From positions 1 to 63,604 of the IMG/VR virus record IMGVR_UViG_3300033550_000003: a DNA stretch of 63,604 nucleotides. One strand, given 5' to 3'. This document shows, piece by piece, positions 43,340-55,000 of the stretch. This stretch comes from a virus. Lineage: Duplodnaviria > Caudoviricetes. Each line of letters opens with the position of its first letter. Position 1 is the stretch's first letter. The notes under the pieces were generated by a model. The model saw nothing but the letters and a program-made list of their open reading frames with translations. It was not told the origin of the DNA and did no database searches. Position numbers and translations under genes: made by a program.

Positions 43340-44332
43340 ATGAGCGATGAACTAATTGAGAAGGTTATCCGTACTACCGAAGTTGCGGCCGGTGGCGGTG
43401 GTCTTCTAAATCCAGAACAGGCGAACCGTTTTATTGACTACATGTGGGATGCCACTGTACTTGGTAGGCAGGTTCGTACCATCCGAATGAAGTCCGACAC
43501 TGTTGACATTGACAAGGTTGGAATTGGTGAGCGTCTTCTAAGAGTAGCTACTGAGGCAGTTGACACTGGTGTAAATGCCGGTGCGACATTCAGCAAGATT
43601 TCTCTTACGACAAAGAAGCTACGTCTAGACTGGGAAATCTCAACCGAGTCACTTGAGGACAACATCGAGGGCGAAGCCCTTGAGGACCACATTGCACGCC
43701 TAATGGCTACTCAGGCCGGTAACGACCTTGAAGATGTTGCAATTAATGGTGACACGGCTTCTGCTGACCCACTTCTAAAGGCATTCGACGGATGGCGTAA
43801 GCGTGCTCTCGCTGCCGGTCACGTAATTGACCACGGTGGTGCCACTGTTGACCGTACGGTCTTCAACAAGGCGCTAAAGGCTATGCCTCGTAACTACATG
43901 CAGCGTAGAAACCAGCTTAAGTTCTTCACTGGTTCTAACATCATCCAGGACTACCTATTCACGCTACAGCAGCTTGAGAGCACCTTTGTTAACCCAGAGT
44001 CTCTTGCAGCAGCGGGAATTAATCAGGCAGTTCGTACCGAGGGTCCAGCAGGATTCACGATGGGTAATGCATTCGGTCTTCCTGTACAGGAAGTTCCTCT
44101 ATTCGAGGAGACCAAGGCCGGTGACTACTCCGGTGCAACTGGTAACCACGGTGACGTATGGCTCACCTTCCCACAGAACCTTCTATGGGGTGTAAAGCGT
44201 GAGATCCAGATCTACCGTGAGTTCAAGAACAAGAAGGACACCACGGAGTACACCATGTACTGCCGTGTAGGTACTCAGATCGAGAACGCAGACGCATTCG
44301 TAGTTGTCAAGAACGTCAAGATCAGTGCTTGA
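43340..44332 (+). CDS. major capsid protein
   Basis: GGLLNPEQANRF, LEDNIEG, DLED..INGD; strongly biased codons; follows protease. Confidence 0.9.
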   Translation: MSDELIEKVIRTTEVAAGGGGLLNPEQANRFIDYMWDATVLGRQVRTIRMKSDTVDIDKVGIGERLLRVATEAVDTGVNAGATFSKISLTTKKLRLDWEISTESLEDNIEGEALEDHIARLMATQAGNDLEDVAINGDTASADPLLKAFDGWRKRALAAGHVIDHGGATVDRTVFNKALKAMPRNYMQRRNQLKFFTGSNIIQDYLFTLQQLESTFVNPESLAAAGINQAVRTEGPAGFTMGNAFGLPVQEVPLFEETKAGDYSGATGNHGDVWLTFPQNLLWGVKREIQIYREFKNKKDTTEYTMYCRVGTQIENADAFVVVKNVKISA

Positions 44333-44391
44333 TAAAAACTCTTAGAGGGAGGGCTTCGGCCCTCCCTCTTGTTTTGTGCTACAATCGACTT

Positions 44392-44796
44392 ATGAGTTTC
44401 GAAACACTAAAAGTAGCTGAGCTTAGACAGCTAGCAGATGACTACGCAGTCGATTATGACGCGAAGGATAACAAGACGGTTCTCATTGCTAAGCTGAATG
44501 AGAATGGTGTAACGTGGGAATACCACAAGGCCCAGATTGGTGAGATAGAAGAAATCGTAGAAACGAGCCCGGTGCAGGAAGTTGCCTCATTTGATTCTCC
44601 AACAGAATCATTTGTAGAGCAGGATGTCCTACTCCGAATGACTAGAGCTAATTCAACCTTCCAGGTTCGAGGAGCGACATTTACTCAGGCTAATCCATAT
44701 GCGGTAGTTAAGGAGTCTGACGCAGACTTTATCCTAGACACGTATGAGGGATTCAGAATTGCTTCTCCAAAGGAAGTTCGAGAATTTTATAAGTGA
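44392..44796 (+). CDS. hypothetical protein (N-terminal Rho-N/SAP-like helix pair)
   Basis: LKVAELRQLA...K..LIAKL; leaderless after TACAAT. Confidence 0.7.
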   Translation: MSFETLKVAELRQLADDYAVDYDAKDNKTVLIAKLNENGVTWEYHKAQIGEIEEIVETSPVQEVASFDSPTESFVEQDVLLRMTRANSTFQVRGATFTQANPYAVVKESDADFILDTYEGFRIASPKEVREFYK

Positions 44797-44853
44797 TTAG
44801 ACCGCCTTCGGGCGGTCTTTTGCTTTTGCGCCATTTGAAGATATAATTCAGTC

Positions 44854-45735
44854 ATGGAAATCTACAGAGATACAGATGGTGTTGCTACATTACAACATCC
44901 AACGACAGATTTGCTTACCGCAGATGTTTATCGCGGCAGCACAGTGATTTCCGCAGATCAAGTTGTGACGACCACAGGAGACATTCACACCACTCCAATT
45001 ACATGGCCTCACACATCCTACGACGACACCTTGAAGATTATTTGGAAGAATGCAGACGAATCGTTCTCCAGGGTGACTTATGTTGAAATCGTCACACCCA
45101 TTGTTCCTCTTTACGAGCTAGACACTATCTTCGACAATACAACTCCAGACGAGGATAAATACGATGCCGAACGCCTCGTAAGAAGAATTATTGAGGTTTA
45201 TACAGGACAAGATTTCGGAAAGTACACTGGTGTAAAGAAGGTTCAGGGTAACGACACAACCGAATTGGCCATGCCAACCCCACTACTTTCTTTCACAGCA
45301 ATGAACGACTATAACTTCGAATACGAGCCAACCGCTTTTGTGATTCGCGGTGAAGGATGGTTCCTTGCTCAACGTCCGGGAGGATATTACACAATTAAGG
45401 ACGCTCCACCTGACGACGTACTAGATATGTTCAATGATGGAATCATCATTGCACCAACAGCTATTAAGAAGCCAGATTTCTGCTTTAGAAGTGATTACAC
45501 AATTACTGGAGATTGGGGATATGAGTATGTACCCGTCCCGGTGGTAGAAGCAGCAAAGATTCTTCTCAATGATTATGCATGTCAAGATGCAGCATATAGA
45601 GACAAGTACCTGCACTCTATGAAGTCTGCCGACTGGAGATTCGAATTCAATCAGGGAGCATTCGACGGAACTGGAAATGTAAAGGCCGATCAGCTTCTTG
45701 AACCATACAGATTGGACAATATCGCAGTAATATGA
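44854..45735 (+). CDS. head-to-tail adaptor
   Basis: IEVYTGQDF, ITGDWGY..VP..V..AA; position after MCP. Confidence 0.7.
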   Translation: MEIYRDTDGVATLQHPTTDLLTADVYRGSTVISADQVVTTTGDIHTTPITWPHTSYDDTLKIIWKNADESFSRVTYVEIVTPIVPLYELDTIFDNTTPDEDKYDAERLVRRIIEVYTGQDFGKYTGVKKVQGNDTTELAMPTPLLSFTAMNDYNFEYEPTAFVIRGEGWFLAQRPGGYYTIKDAPPDDVLDMFNDGIIIAPTAIKKPDFCFRSDYTITGDWGYEYVPVPVVEAAKILLNDYACQDAAYRDKYLHSMKSADWRFEFNQGAFDGTGNVKADQLLEPYRLDNIAVI

Positions 45736-46223
45736 GTTGTCTTCTGGGAGCAAGATTTAATATGCGTGCGACAATTCTTCGGCAGGTAGGAGCAGATGTC
45801 GACGGCAGTCAGGGTAGCTGGCAAACGATAACAGACCCAATTTCAGGCGCCATTGAGCGCGTGTGGATTGAGGATATTGATCCTGGTACTCCAGGTGTCC
45901 AGAAGATTGTTATCAATTGTATGGCCCGAGGAATCACGAATGGTGGTATCCGAGTTGCTGGTACAACGCAAAGATATTCAAATATTTATGAGAACATCGA
46001 CTGGGTAGTCATGACTATTCCAAAGTCGGTGATTCTCACAAAGAGAGACAGAGTGACAGATATTTCCAATGCTAACGGAGACATCATCTGGAAGGAAGAA
46101 GAACTAGAAGGTCAGCCTTCGACGATCTTCCTTGCTATGGGTTCTACTCCAGTTGTTGACCCATTTGGAAATCACATCGAAAGCACTTGTCTACTACAAA
46201 GAGCAGAGGTGCAAAAGCCGTAA
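45732..46223 (+). CDS. head-to-tail stopper
   Basis: Position and size. Confidence 0.6.
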   Translation: MSCLLGARFNMRATILRQVGADVDGSQGSWQTITDPISGAIERVWIEDIDPGTPGVQKIVINCMARGITNGGIRVAGTTQRYSNIYENIDWVVMTIPKSVILTKRDRVTDISNANGDIIWKEEELEGQPSTIFLAMGSTPVVDPFGNHIESTCLLQRAEVQKP

Positions 46224-47017
46224 TGGCAAAAGGAAAGGCATTTGTTGGTGTCACAATGGACACCGTTGAAGCAGCGTCTCTTACCGGGTTTCTGACGACA
46301 TTGTCAGCTCAGATTGAAACTGATGCAAATATGGGCCCGGTGCTCAACTATGCCCATAGCGAATTGAGCAGAAAGTTTGATGCTTATATGGCCGCAGTGG
46401 CACCAGCCTCTCCTAAGCAATTCCATCACGTATATGATTGGGGAAACATCGGAAATCCTCAGTATCAATTGTGGACCAATGTTTTGAGAGGAAGAGGAAA
46501 TAATAGATATGCCTCATTTGAATTCAGAGCTTCCACAATTCCTGTTCCAGTGCACCAGGGAGAGAAGAAGGATTTTAGAAAAGTCCATAGGTTCGTTTAC
46601 AAGGCTATGATCATGGAATACAACATCGCTGTCACTGTAAAAAGAAAGAGGGCGAAAATGTTGGCCTTTCCTGGCAACAATGGAAGAATTGTTTTCACTA
46701 AGGGCCCTATTGTTGTAGAAAATCCCGGTGGTCAAGCAACCACAGGATCATTTACTGCCGCTTGGACTGATTGGTGGTCTGGAGCCGGTGCGAGACAAGT
46801 CTTTTCAGATAGTATTAATGAGACTCTAGAAAATGATCTAAGTGAACGAGCAATGATGAAATTCATGAGAAGATTCAGAAAGGCTAAGGCTCGATCAGGA
46901 TCTATCAATGTCGCAGACAATAAAACTGCTTTTAATCAAGGAGCCAAGCTAGCAGAGGATTTCCTTGCAGAAAGAGCAAAGAAGAACGAAGGAAGGAGAA
47001 AGAGTTATGGCATATGA
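46223..47017 (+). CDS. neck / tail-completion protein
   Basis: Position; basic. Confidence 0.55.
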   Translation: MAKGKAFVGVTMDTVEAASLTGFLTTLSAQIETDANMGPVLNYAHSELSRKFDAYMAAVAPASPKQFHHVYDWGNIGNPQYQLWTNVLRGRGNNRYASFEFRASTIPVPVHQGEKKDFRKVHRFVYKAMIMEYNIAVTVKRKRAKMLAFPGNNGRIVFTKGPIVVENPGGQATTGSFTAAWTDWWSGAGARQVFSDSINETLENDLSERAMMKFMRRFRKAKARSGSINVADNKTAFNQGAKLAEDFLAERAKKNEGRRKSYGI

Positions 47018-47519
47018 TGCAGCAGCTACACATGCAATAAACAAGTTTGTACAAGCTAAGCTTGTTGGTGAAGGAATTATTTCAGCATCCAACTATACAC
47101 AGGTTCCATTCTTTATTCCAGCACAGCAGCAGCCAGAGTTGACTAATTTGCCGACAGAAATTCCTTTCATTGTTTACAATTACGTTTCAACGGCTGAATA
47201 TGTTGATTGGTTCAAGGAGCATGAACAGGTGGCTTACACTGTGTATTCAGATAGCGAGAAGCAATTGAGAAATATTGTTCTCTATCTGTTGCAGCTTCTT
47301 AGAAGATATGAGTGGACGGCCGAAGATGTGAATGATTATGTCGATTCGTTGGCAAGTCCAGCATTCGATTGGGCGAAGAAATTCAATATCAAATACACCA
47401 GAGTTACAAATGCAACAAGTCCAGAACCGGCAACGGAAGAAGGAGGAAGACAGGCTGCCATGGTCGTCTTTTCCTTGTGTTTTACGCATGAATTGGATCA
47501 ACGAGGAATGAGAATCTAA
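47007..47519 (+). CDS. tail terminator
   Basis: PFIVY motif; immediately before major tail. Confidence 0.6.
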   Translation: MAYDAAATHAINKFVQAKLVGEGIISASNYTQVPFFIPAQQQPELTNLPTEIPFIVYNYVSTAEYVDWFKEHEQVAYTVYSDSEKQLRNIVLYLLQLLRRYEWTAEDVNDYVDSLASPAFDWAKKFNIKYTRVTNATSPEPATEEGGRQAAMVVFSLCFTHELDQRGMRI

Positions 47520-47624
47520 ACTCGTTTGCTTGATAACAAATTGCAAGATAATATTGCCTCATTGAGGAAGTTATGTGCGCCAACACAAACAAGCATACTT
47601 TTTCAGAAAAGAGGTGAATAACGT

Positions 47625-48260
47625 ATGGCATATAGCGTAAAGAACATTATTATTGGTGCAGCAGCAGTTTACCTAACTGCAATTGACAGCACTGACCCAC
47701 TGTGGGGTGCTTCTGGCCCAGCTCTTCCAGCGGAAGTTCCAGGTACTCCATTTTCTCAGACCCTAGAGGCTTCTGCTGATTGGAACCACACTGGTTTTAC
47801 ATCTGAGGGTGTTGAGGTTTCATACGAGCCTGACTACGGTGAGGTTGAGGTTGACCAGCTTCTAGACTCTGCGAAGCTATTCAAGCAGTCTATGAGAGTT
47901 ATGGTAAACACGACCTTCTCAGAGGCGACTCTGGAGAATCTTCTAATTGTATGGGGTCAGCAGACTGACTCTCTAACCACGACCGCCACGAGCAAGACTC
48001 TTGGTATTGAAGGTGGTGAGCTTGGAGATGAGCCAACGGAGCGAGGAATCGCGTTTGTAGGAAATGCCCCTCGTGTGGCAGACAACGAAAAGCGTGAGCG
48101 TATTTACCACGTACGACGTGCTCTTTCAGTTGAAAGTACTTCACACGCCCTTAGGAGAAACGAAGCGACTCTGTTCCCTGTTTCATTCCGTCTACTTCCA
48201 GACCCAGCATTCTCAGGTCAGGAGTACGGTGTAATCAAGGACCGTCAGATCGCAGCCTAA
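47625..48260 (+). CDS. major tail protein
   Basis: G.TSEGVEVSYEP, VDQL, EATLENL; terminator at about 48278-48297. Confidence 0.82.
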   Translation: MAYSVKNIIIGAAAVYLTAIDSTDPLWGASGPALPAEVPGTPFSQTLEASADWNHTGFTSEGVEVSYEPDYGEVEVDQLLDSAKLFKQSMRVMVNTTFSEATLENLLIVWGQQTDSLTTTATSKTLGIEGGELGDEPTERGIAFVGNAPRVADNEKRERIYHVRRALSVESTSHALRRNEATLFPVSFRLLPDPAFSGQEYGVIKDRQIAA

Positions 48261-48354
48261 GTCAAAGGTTTTGCATTGGCCCCCGAAAGGGGGCCTTTGC
48301 GTTTTGGATTGTAAGAATCGGTTGCTATAATGAGATCAAACAAAAGGAGATAAA

Positions 48355-48699
48355 GTGGCAACAAGCGTTTACACCGTTGAGGAAATTGTCCTCCAGGACG
48401 GTACTGAGGTTTCTCTAAAGCCTCTAAACATCAAGAATCTTCGTAGGTTCATGGTCAAGTTCAAGGAGCTTGAGAATCTTAAGACGGACGACGAAGTAGT
48501 AGATTTTCTAATTGAGGCAGCTCAGCTATGTCTCTCTTCAATTCATCCAGAATACTCTGACAGCGAGAAGTTCGAGGATGCAGTAGACATGCCTACCGTG
48601 CATAAGATTATCGAAATCTGTGGTGGGGTTAAGCTGAATGACCCGGAATTGATGGCCGCAGCAGCGGCGGCAGTGACAGAACAAGCTGGGAAGAACTAG
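48355..48699 (+). CDS. tail assembly chaperone
   Basis: Between major tail and tape measure. Confidence 0.75.
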   Translation: MATSVYTVEEIVLQDGTEVSLKPLNIKNLRRFMVKFKELENLKTDDEVVDFLIEAAQLCLSSIHPEYSDSEKFEDAVDMPTVHKIIEICGGVKLNDPELMAAAAAAVTEQAGKN

Positions 48700-48728
48700 A
48701 CCTAGCAAAACTAGAGGCTGAGCTATTC

Positions 48729-48998
48729 ATGCTTGGCATCTGGAAAAACTTTGAAGAAATGGAAACGAACCTCACACTAGCCGAACTCGAATCTTTGCTC
48801 GAAGCAAAAAGAGAAAAAGAATACGACGAGAAGAAATTTATGGCTGCACTAAAGGGCGTAGACCTAGAAAGCCCGAAGGACGATAGCGCACCTTCATTTG
48901 AAGACATTAAAAATCGCGCGGCAGCAAAGGCTAGAGGAGTTTCGCAAGAAGCATTGGAGTTTTCACAAATTGGAATAGCTTTTGAAGGAGATGACTGA
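48729..48998 (+). CDS. tail assembly chaperone, C-terminal (-1 frame) part
   Basis: -1 frame relative to upstream ORF, open from about 48642. Confidence 0.65.
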   Translation: MLGIWKNFEEMETNLTLAELESLLEAKREKEYDEKKFMAALKGVDLESPKDDSAPSFEDIKNRAAAKARGVSQEALEFSQIGIAFEGDD

Positions 48999-49000
48999 TA

Positions 49001-52000
49001 ATGGAGAATATTAATATCCGCTTTAATGCCTCGGCCAATTTCGGTCAGGTATCACAGCAGATTACCGCTTTGAATAATCAGCTTGCAGCAATGCAGGCTA
49101 ATCTAGCCGCAAATGCCAGCGCGGTTGCTTCTAGTGCGACAGCATTCAGAAACAATGTCCGTGGTCTTGGCAATATGTCCGTTGAGACAATGCGGGTGGC
49201 TTCTGCTGCCGAAAATTACACCAAGGCGTTGCAGAAGCAGGATATTACTCTCCGACAGGCGATTAAGAATCGCCAGACTTTCAATCAGGTCCTTCGAGAG
49301 CAGTATGCATTGAGCAGAGCGTCAGCAATGCAGTGGACCCAGGGTAACCGAGGAAGGTCAACCCTGGATCTCATCGTTCCTACAGACGCCCCAGCCCGTC
49401 TTGGTAATTTCAGACAAACTCTGAGCCAAGTGCGGGCTGGAACCATTTCTACAAATGTTGCACTGGGAGAAATGGCCATCAAGATGGGTCTTGTCTCTCA
49501 GGTTGCTGCCTCTGGTGCAGCCAACATGATTAAGTGGGGTAAGAACACTCAGTGGGCTGGTCGTCAGCTAATGGTTGGTTTCACTATGCCTGTAATTGCG
49601 GCCGGTGCTGCAATGGGTGTCCTTGCCTACAAGGTAGAATCAGAACTTACAAGAATCAATAAGGTTTATGACTTCACTGTAAACAAGGATCAGAATGCAG
49701 CCAAGTTTGCACAGGAATCAGCGACTCTTAGAGTAAACTCTCTTAACGCAGCAAAGGTTGCGGCTCAGCAGTATGGTGCAGCCATTCAGGACACCCTAAA
49801 GGTTGAAGCAAATCTAGCTGCGACCGGTGAAAAGGGTGCTGAGCTTATTGGTAAGACAACTGAGGTTATGCGTCTTGCAACCCTTGGTGAAATGGAATAT
49901 CAGCAGGCTCTAGAAACCACGATTACTTTGCAGTCTGTTTATGGACAGAACACAGAGGATCTTGCTAAGTCATTCAACTACATGAACGCAGTAGAGAATG
50001 CGACTTCACTTTCTATTGAAGACTTCTCAAAGGCTATTCCAAAGGTGGCAGCACCTCTTAAGAGCCTCGGTGGAGATATTCAGGAAGTCGGTACTTTGCT
50101 CGTTGCCATGCGTTCACGAGGAATTAACGCTGTTGAAGGTGCAAACGCAATCAAGGCGTCTTTCAACCGAGTTCTCAATCCTACTCGTGCAGCCAAGAAT
50201 ATGTTCAAGGAGTTGACTGGAGAAGGACTCGTTGAGCTGGTAGAGGAAACCGAAGGAAAGGTAATCCCTACGTTCCAGCGTTTGCAGAAGGCTACGGAAA
50301 ACCTATCTGGTCTCGAAAAGCAGCAGCTATTTGGTAAGCTATTCGGTACTCAGCAGACGACTCGTCTACAGGCTATCGTTGAAGAAATGGCTAACCTTGA
50401 GGATGAAACTACTCAGGTTGGTAAGGCATTCCAGATTGCTCAGCAGGATTCGGGAGCTTGGGCAAGAAATGCTGAGCGAGAGATGAAGGCTCTACAGGAA
50501 TCTGCATCTGGTCGATTCAAGATTGTTGTTGAATCTCTTAAGGCCCAGCTTGCAGAGGCAGGAGAGCCATTCCTAAGAGTCGGTGCAATGATTGTTGGAG
50601 TAATTGGCTCCATTGTAAAGGCATTCAATGAGCTTCCAGAAGGAGTAAAGACTCTTCTATCTGTCGGTGTCATTGGTGCAGCAATCGCTGGTCCAATTGT
50701 TATGCTCATCGGTCTATTTGCTAACTTGATGGGTCAAGCTGCAAAGCTTGGAGCCAGCCTTCTTGGTGTAGTATTTAGATTTAGAGCTTTGCTACCAGAG
50801 CAAGTGGCGAGCCGACTTGCAGCAATGCATAATGCTCAGGCAATGAGTGCAGAGGCAGTAGCAGCGGAAACTCTTACGACTACGTTGACGCATTTGACTG
50901 CTGCCCTGGTTAGAGCTACAGGGGCTCAGGCGACATTTATTCAAACGTCTCAGGGACTCCGACTTGCTCCGCAAATGCCAGCTTATCCGGCAGGTCTTTC
51001 TGGCCCTCTAACGCCAACAGTCGCTGGATACAGAGATGCTAATGGCCGAACAATTACTCGTCAAGAGGGTATGGCTTGGCAACGTGCTCAGCAGGCTTCT
51101 GCTCAAATTAATCAGAATTCAGCGGCAACTCGTAGAAACTTCCAGATGATGGGTGGATCTTTCCAGACCATCGCATTGACTGGTGGAATCATGGGAAGCA
51201 TGGCTACTGATTCTGGCACACTCGCAAACAATATTTCTAATGCAGCGGTTGCAGCAGGTCTTATCGCAACTGTCCTCGCTGGACCTCTTACCCGATTCTT
51301 CTCATCTCTGGGCACTCTTGTAGCCCCAGCATTTGCAGCAATTGGTAGAGCTGGTGCAGCAACATTTGGTCGAATTGGTGCTGCTGGTGCTGGAGCATTT
51401 TCCAGAATTACAGCTTCAATTGGAAGTACCACAGCGGCTCTAGGTGGATTGGGCGCGGTGGCAGGAACTCTTCTTGCTACAGCTATTGCAATTGGAGCAG
51501 CCTGGTACATCATTAATAAGAACATTGAAGCTTCTCGTCAGGAGCAGGAAGCTGTAGCCACATCTGCAAAGGCTTGGGCAGATACTCTTGGATTTGCTTA
51601 TCAAGAAACTCAGGCAATTGTTGCAGAGGGTGGTAAGGCTGCCGATTCAATGCAGGACAGAATCAATAAGTTCAGAGCTTCAAATGAAGAGGCATTCAAG
51701 GATATCTCTAGTTACTTCGATGCATCAGATGCTGAAAAGTGGGCTCGTGCAATTGAAGAAGGAACAAAGGTTCGTCTTCGTGGTGGAACGGCTACAGCAG
51801 CCGAAGAGGCCACAAGAACTGCTCTAAAGATCATGGGTAAGGAATTCAGTGATGCTGAATTCGAAGTAGCCATCAATGCAAAGATGAATTTCAGTCTTGT
51901 CGATTCTGTTATGCAGAAGAGGCTTGAGGCTGCTGCATCCGATATGACAGAAGCTGTTAACAGGCAGTTTGATCAGTCTAAGTCAGAAAGTTTTGCAAGA

Positions 52001-55000
52001 TTCTTCTCAACGGAAAGCGTTATCCAGCAAAAGGCCGGTGAGCAAATTAAGCAGAACGCTCGTGACCTATGGGATATCTATGACAATACTCAGGAAGAGA
52101 AGAAGCAGGAAGTCTTCAATAAGATTGCAGCAGCAGTCAACACTGAGAATGTCAAGATTTTCGAAATGTACAAGAACAAGTACAAGTCTGAATTCGAAAA
52201 GATGGGAATCGAAACCTTTGCTGACTGGACCAAGTATCTAAAGGAAGAAACCGGTGGAGGCCAAGAGGGAACTACTCTTGGAGTAAAGCTAGGTCTTTCT
52301 GATGATGAGATTGAAAATGTTGAGCGTGCAATTGACGCGACCAAGGGATTCAATCAGGAGTTCGGAAAGATGCAGGGTCTTCCTGACGACAAGGTTCGAA
52401 ACCTTCTCGATACAGATGAACTTCGTCAGTACATTCCTGAATTGAACAAGGTTGCTCCTGCTCTTAATCAGGTTGAAACGGCTCAGCGTAAGTGGAGCGA
52501 GGCTCTTGAGCAGCGCACAATGAAGGACAAGAATTTCAGTGAACAGGATCAGTTGAATCTTCTTAATCTTTACAGAAGAGAAGCTGGCCTTCTAGACGCC
52601 ACAAGTGCGGAACAGGGATTCGGTGAAGCAATTGATGCTAACAAGCAAAAGGTTTCTGATTACACTGATGAACTAGAAATGAATGCTGAAAATGTTCAGG
52701 ACTTCGTTAATGCACAGAAGCAGGTCTTTTCCGGAACAATGGATGAGGTTTACTCTCGTGCAGAAGAAATCATGAATGAAAACCAGCAGGCTGAAATTGA
52801 TGGAATTCAGAAGAGGGCAGAAGCTCGCGCGGACGCCCTTGACAGGGCTCAGGAAAGAGCTGACAAGAAGTTCGATGAACGTCAGGAAAAGACTGAGAAG
52901 AGATTCGAAGATAAGCAGGATGCTCTCGATAAGAGATTCGAGAATAAGCAGCGTGCTTTTGACACCCGCTGGGACAATCTCATGGAGAGCCACGAAAAGA
53001 AGTGGGAAACTCGAATTGAGAAGGAAAAGGCAGGATACGACAACAAGATCAAGAAGATTCAGGATGCAATTAAGGCGGAGCAAGATGCCGAACAGAAGCG
53101 TCAGGAAATCTTTGAGAGAGAAAAGACTCGTATTCAGCGTGCAGCGGAACTGGCAAATCAGAATATTGATTTCCAGATGGCAATCAATTCAGGAAACCTT
53201 GACGAGGCAGCGAAGATCGGAAACGATATTCAGTCTCAGATTGGTCAATGGAACACTGAGGATACGGCTGGCTCAAGTCAGACGGCTTCTGAACAGAAGA
53301 TTGCTGGATTCGAAAAGCAAATCTCAACAGTTGAAGCTGAAAGAGATCGTCGTCTAAACATTCTTAACCAGCTTGAAGAAGCTGAAAAGAAGCAGCTCGA
53401 TGCTAGAAAGCAGAGAGAACAGGACGCTCTAAAGGCTCAGCGAGAAGCAGCAGAAAAGTCTTTGCAGATTTCTCGTGAGAAGGCTCTTAAGCAGATTCAG
53501 ATCGAAAGAGAAGAATACAATAAGGGTGTTCAGGCGCAGAGAGAGGCTTTGAATCGTGAAACTCAGGACAAGATTAACGCCACGCAGAAGAAGTATACTG
53601 CGGCTAAGCGTGCTCTTGAAAATGAATTGGCAGCACTTAGAGCTTTTGTTCCGAAGAATCAGGCAGAACTAAACGCTCATGTCAAGAAGGTTGAAGAGGC
53701 TTACGCAAGACACGGTGTAAATCTCAAGGCTAGAGGAAATGAGTGGGGCAAGTATGTAGGAAATGCCCTTTCTGCAAATGTAAAGGCAGCAGCAGAAGGT
53801 CTCAAGAGCGACATTGCATGGGCCCAAATTGGTAAGAAGATTACTGAGCAAATGGTCGATGGTGCGTTCTCAATGTCCACTGCTGAATTCATGAAGTGGG
53901 TTACAACAGGTAAGCTACCGAAGAATTATGCTGGACCTGGAACAAGTCGTTCTAGTGCGAATGCACAAGAATGGGGAGGCATTCCATATGCTCCTGGTCA
54001 AAATGCATACTCTAGCACTCCATCCTATCTATTGCGTCACGAGGGTGGGCCTGTTGGAGGAGCAAAGAAGTACAACAGTCGAGGCGGACGTCCTGTAAGT
54101 TCAGGAATGTACTCCGACGAGACATGGGGTCTCCTTAAGAAGAATGAGTACGTCATTAATGGCGACGCTCACAAGACTTATGGAACCGACTTCTTTGACA
54201 ACATGAATTCCGGAAAGTTTGGAACTGGTGGTCCAGGACTAGGAATGGTCGGAATGTTTGGCGCCGCTCTTGCAGGAGCATATAGCCAAATGGTTGCAGG
54301 AGCCATCAACTCAATGGGTCAAAATGCCATGTCAATGAACATGGGTCTTGACGTAATGGGTATTCCTGGTCAGGCTGGAGCTTATGGAAACACGAAGCTA
54401 AATTCTGAACAGCTAGCAAATGCGGCAGCAATTATTGGTGTCGGTAAGTCAATGGGTGCAACTACCACAGACCTTATCGTTTCCATTATGACTGCTATGC
54501 AGGAGTCTACTCTAAGAAACATCAACTATGGTGACCGTGACTCTGTTGGTCTATTCCAGCAGCGTCCAAGCCAGGGTTGGGGAACCGTAGAGCAGATTAT
54601 GAATCCTACATACGCTGCACGAAAGTTCTTCGAAGGTCTTTTGGCTATGAAGAACAGAGCCAAGCTTCCTCTATGGGAACAGGCTCAGAGAGTTCAGCGT
54701 TCTGCATTCCCGATGGCTTATGCAAAGTGGGAGCAAATGGCTCGTGCGGTTGTTGGTGGAACTGGATTCTCTATCCAGGGAACCGGAACCGGATGGAGAA
54801 AGCCTGTTAATGGACCTGTCACTCAAAACTGGAGTGCTCGTCATGGAGGAATGGACTTTGGAATTCCTGTGGGAACTCCTGTCCAGGCTGCAAATGCAGG
54901 AACGGTCGTTGCTTCTGAGGACCTTAGAGGAAATCAGAATGGCGGATACCGCTCATATGGTCGATACGTTGTTGTTGACCATGGTGGGGTTTCAACCCTT

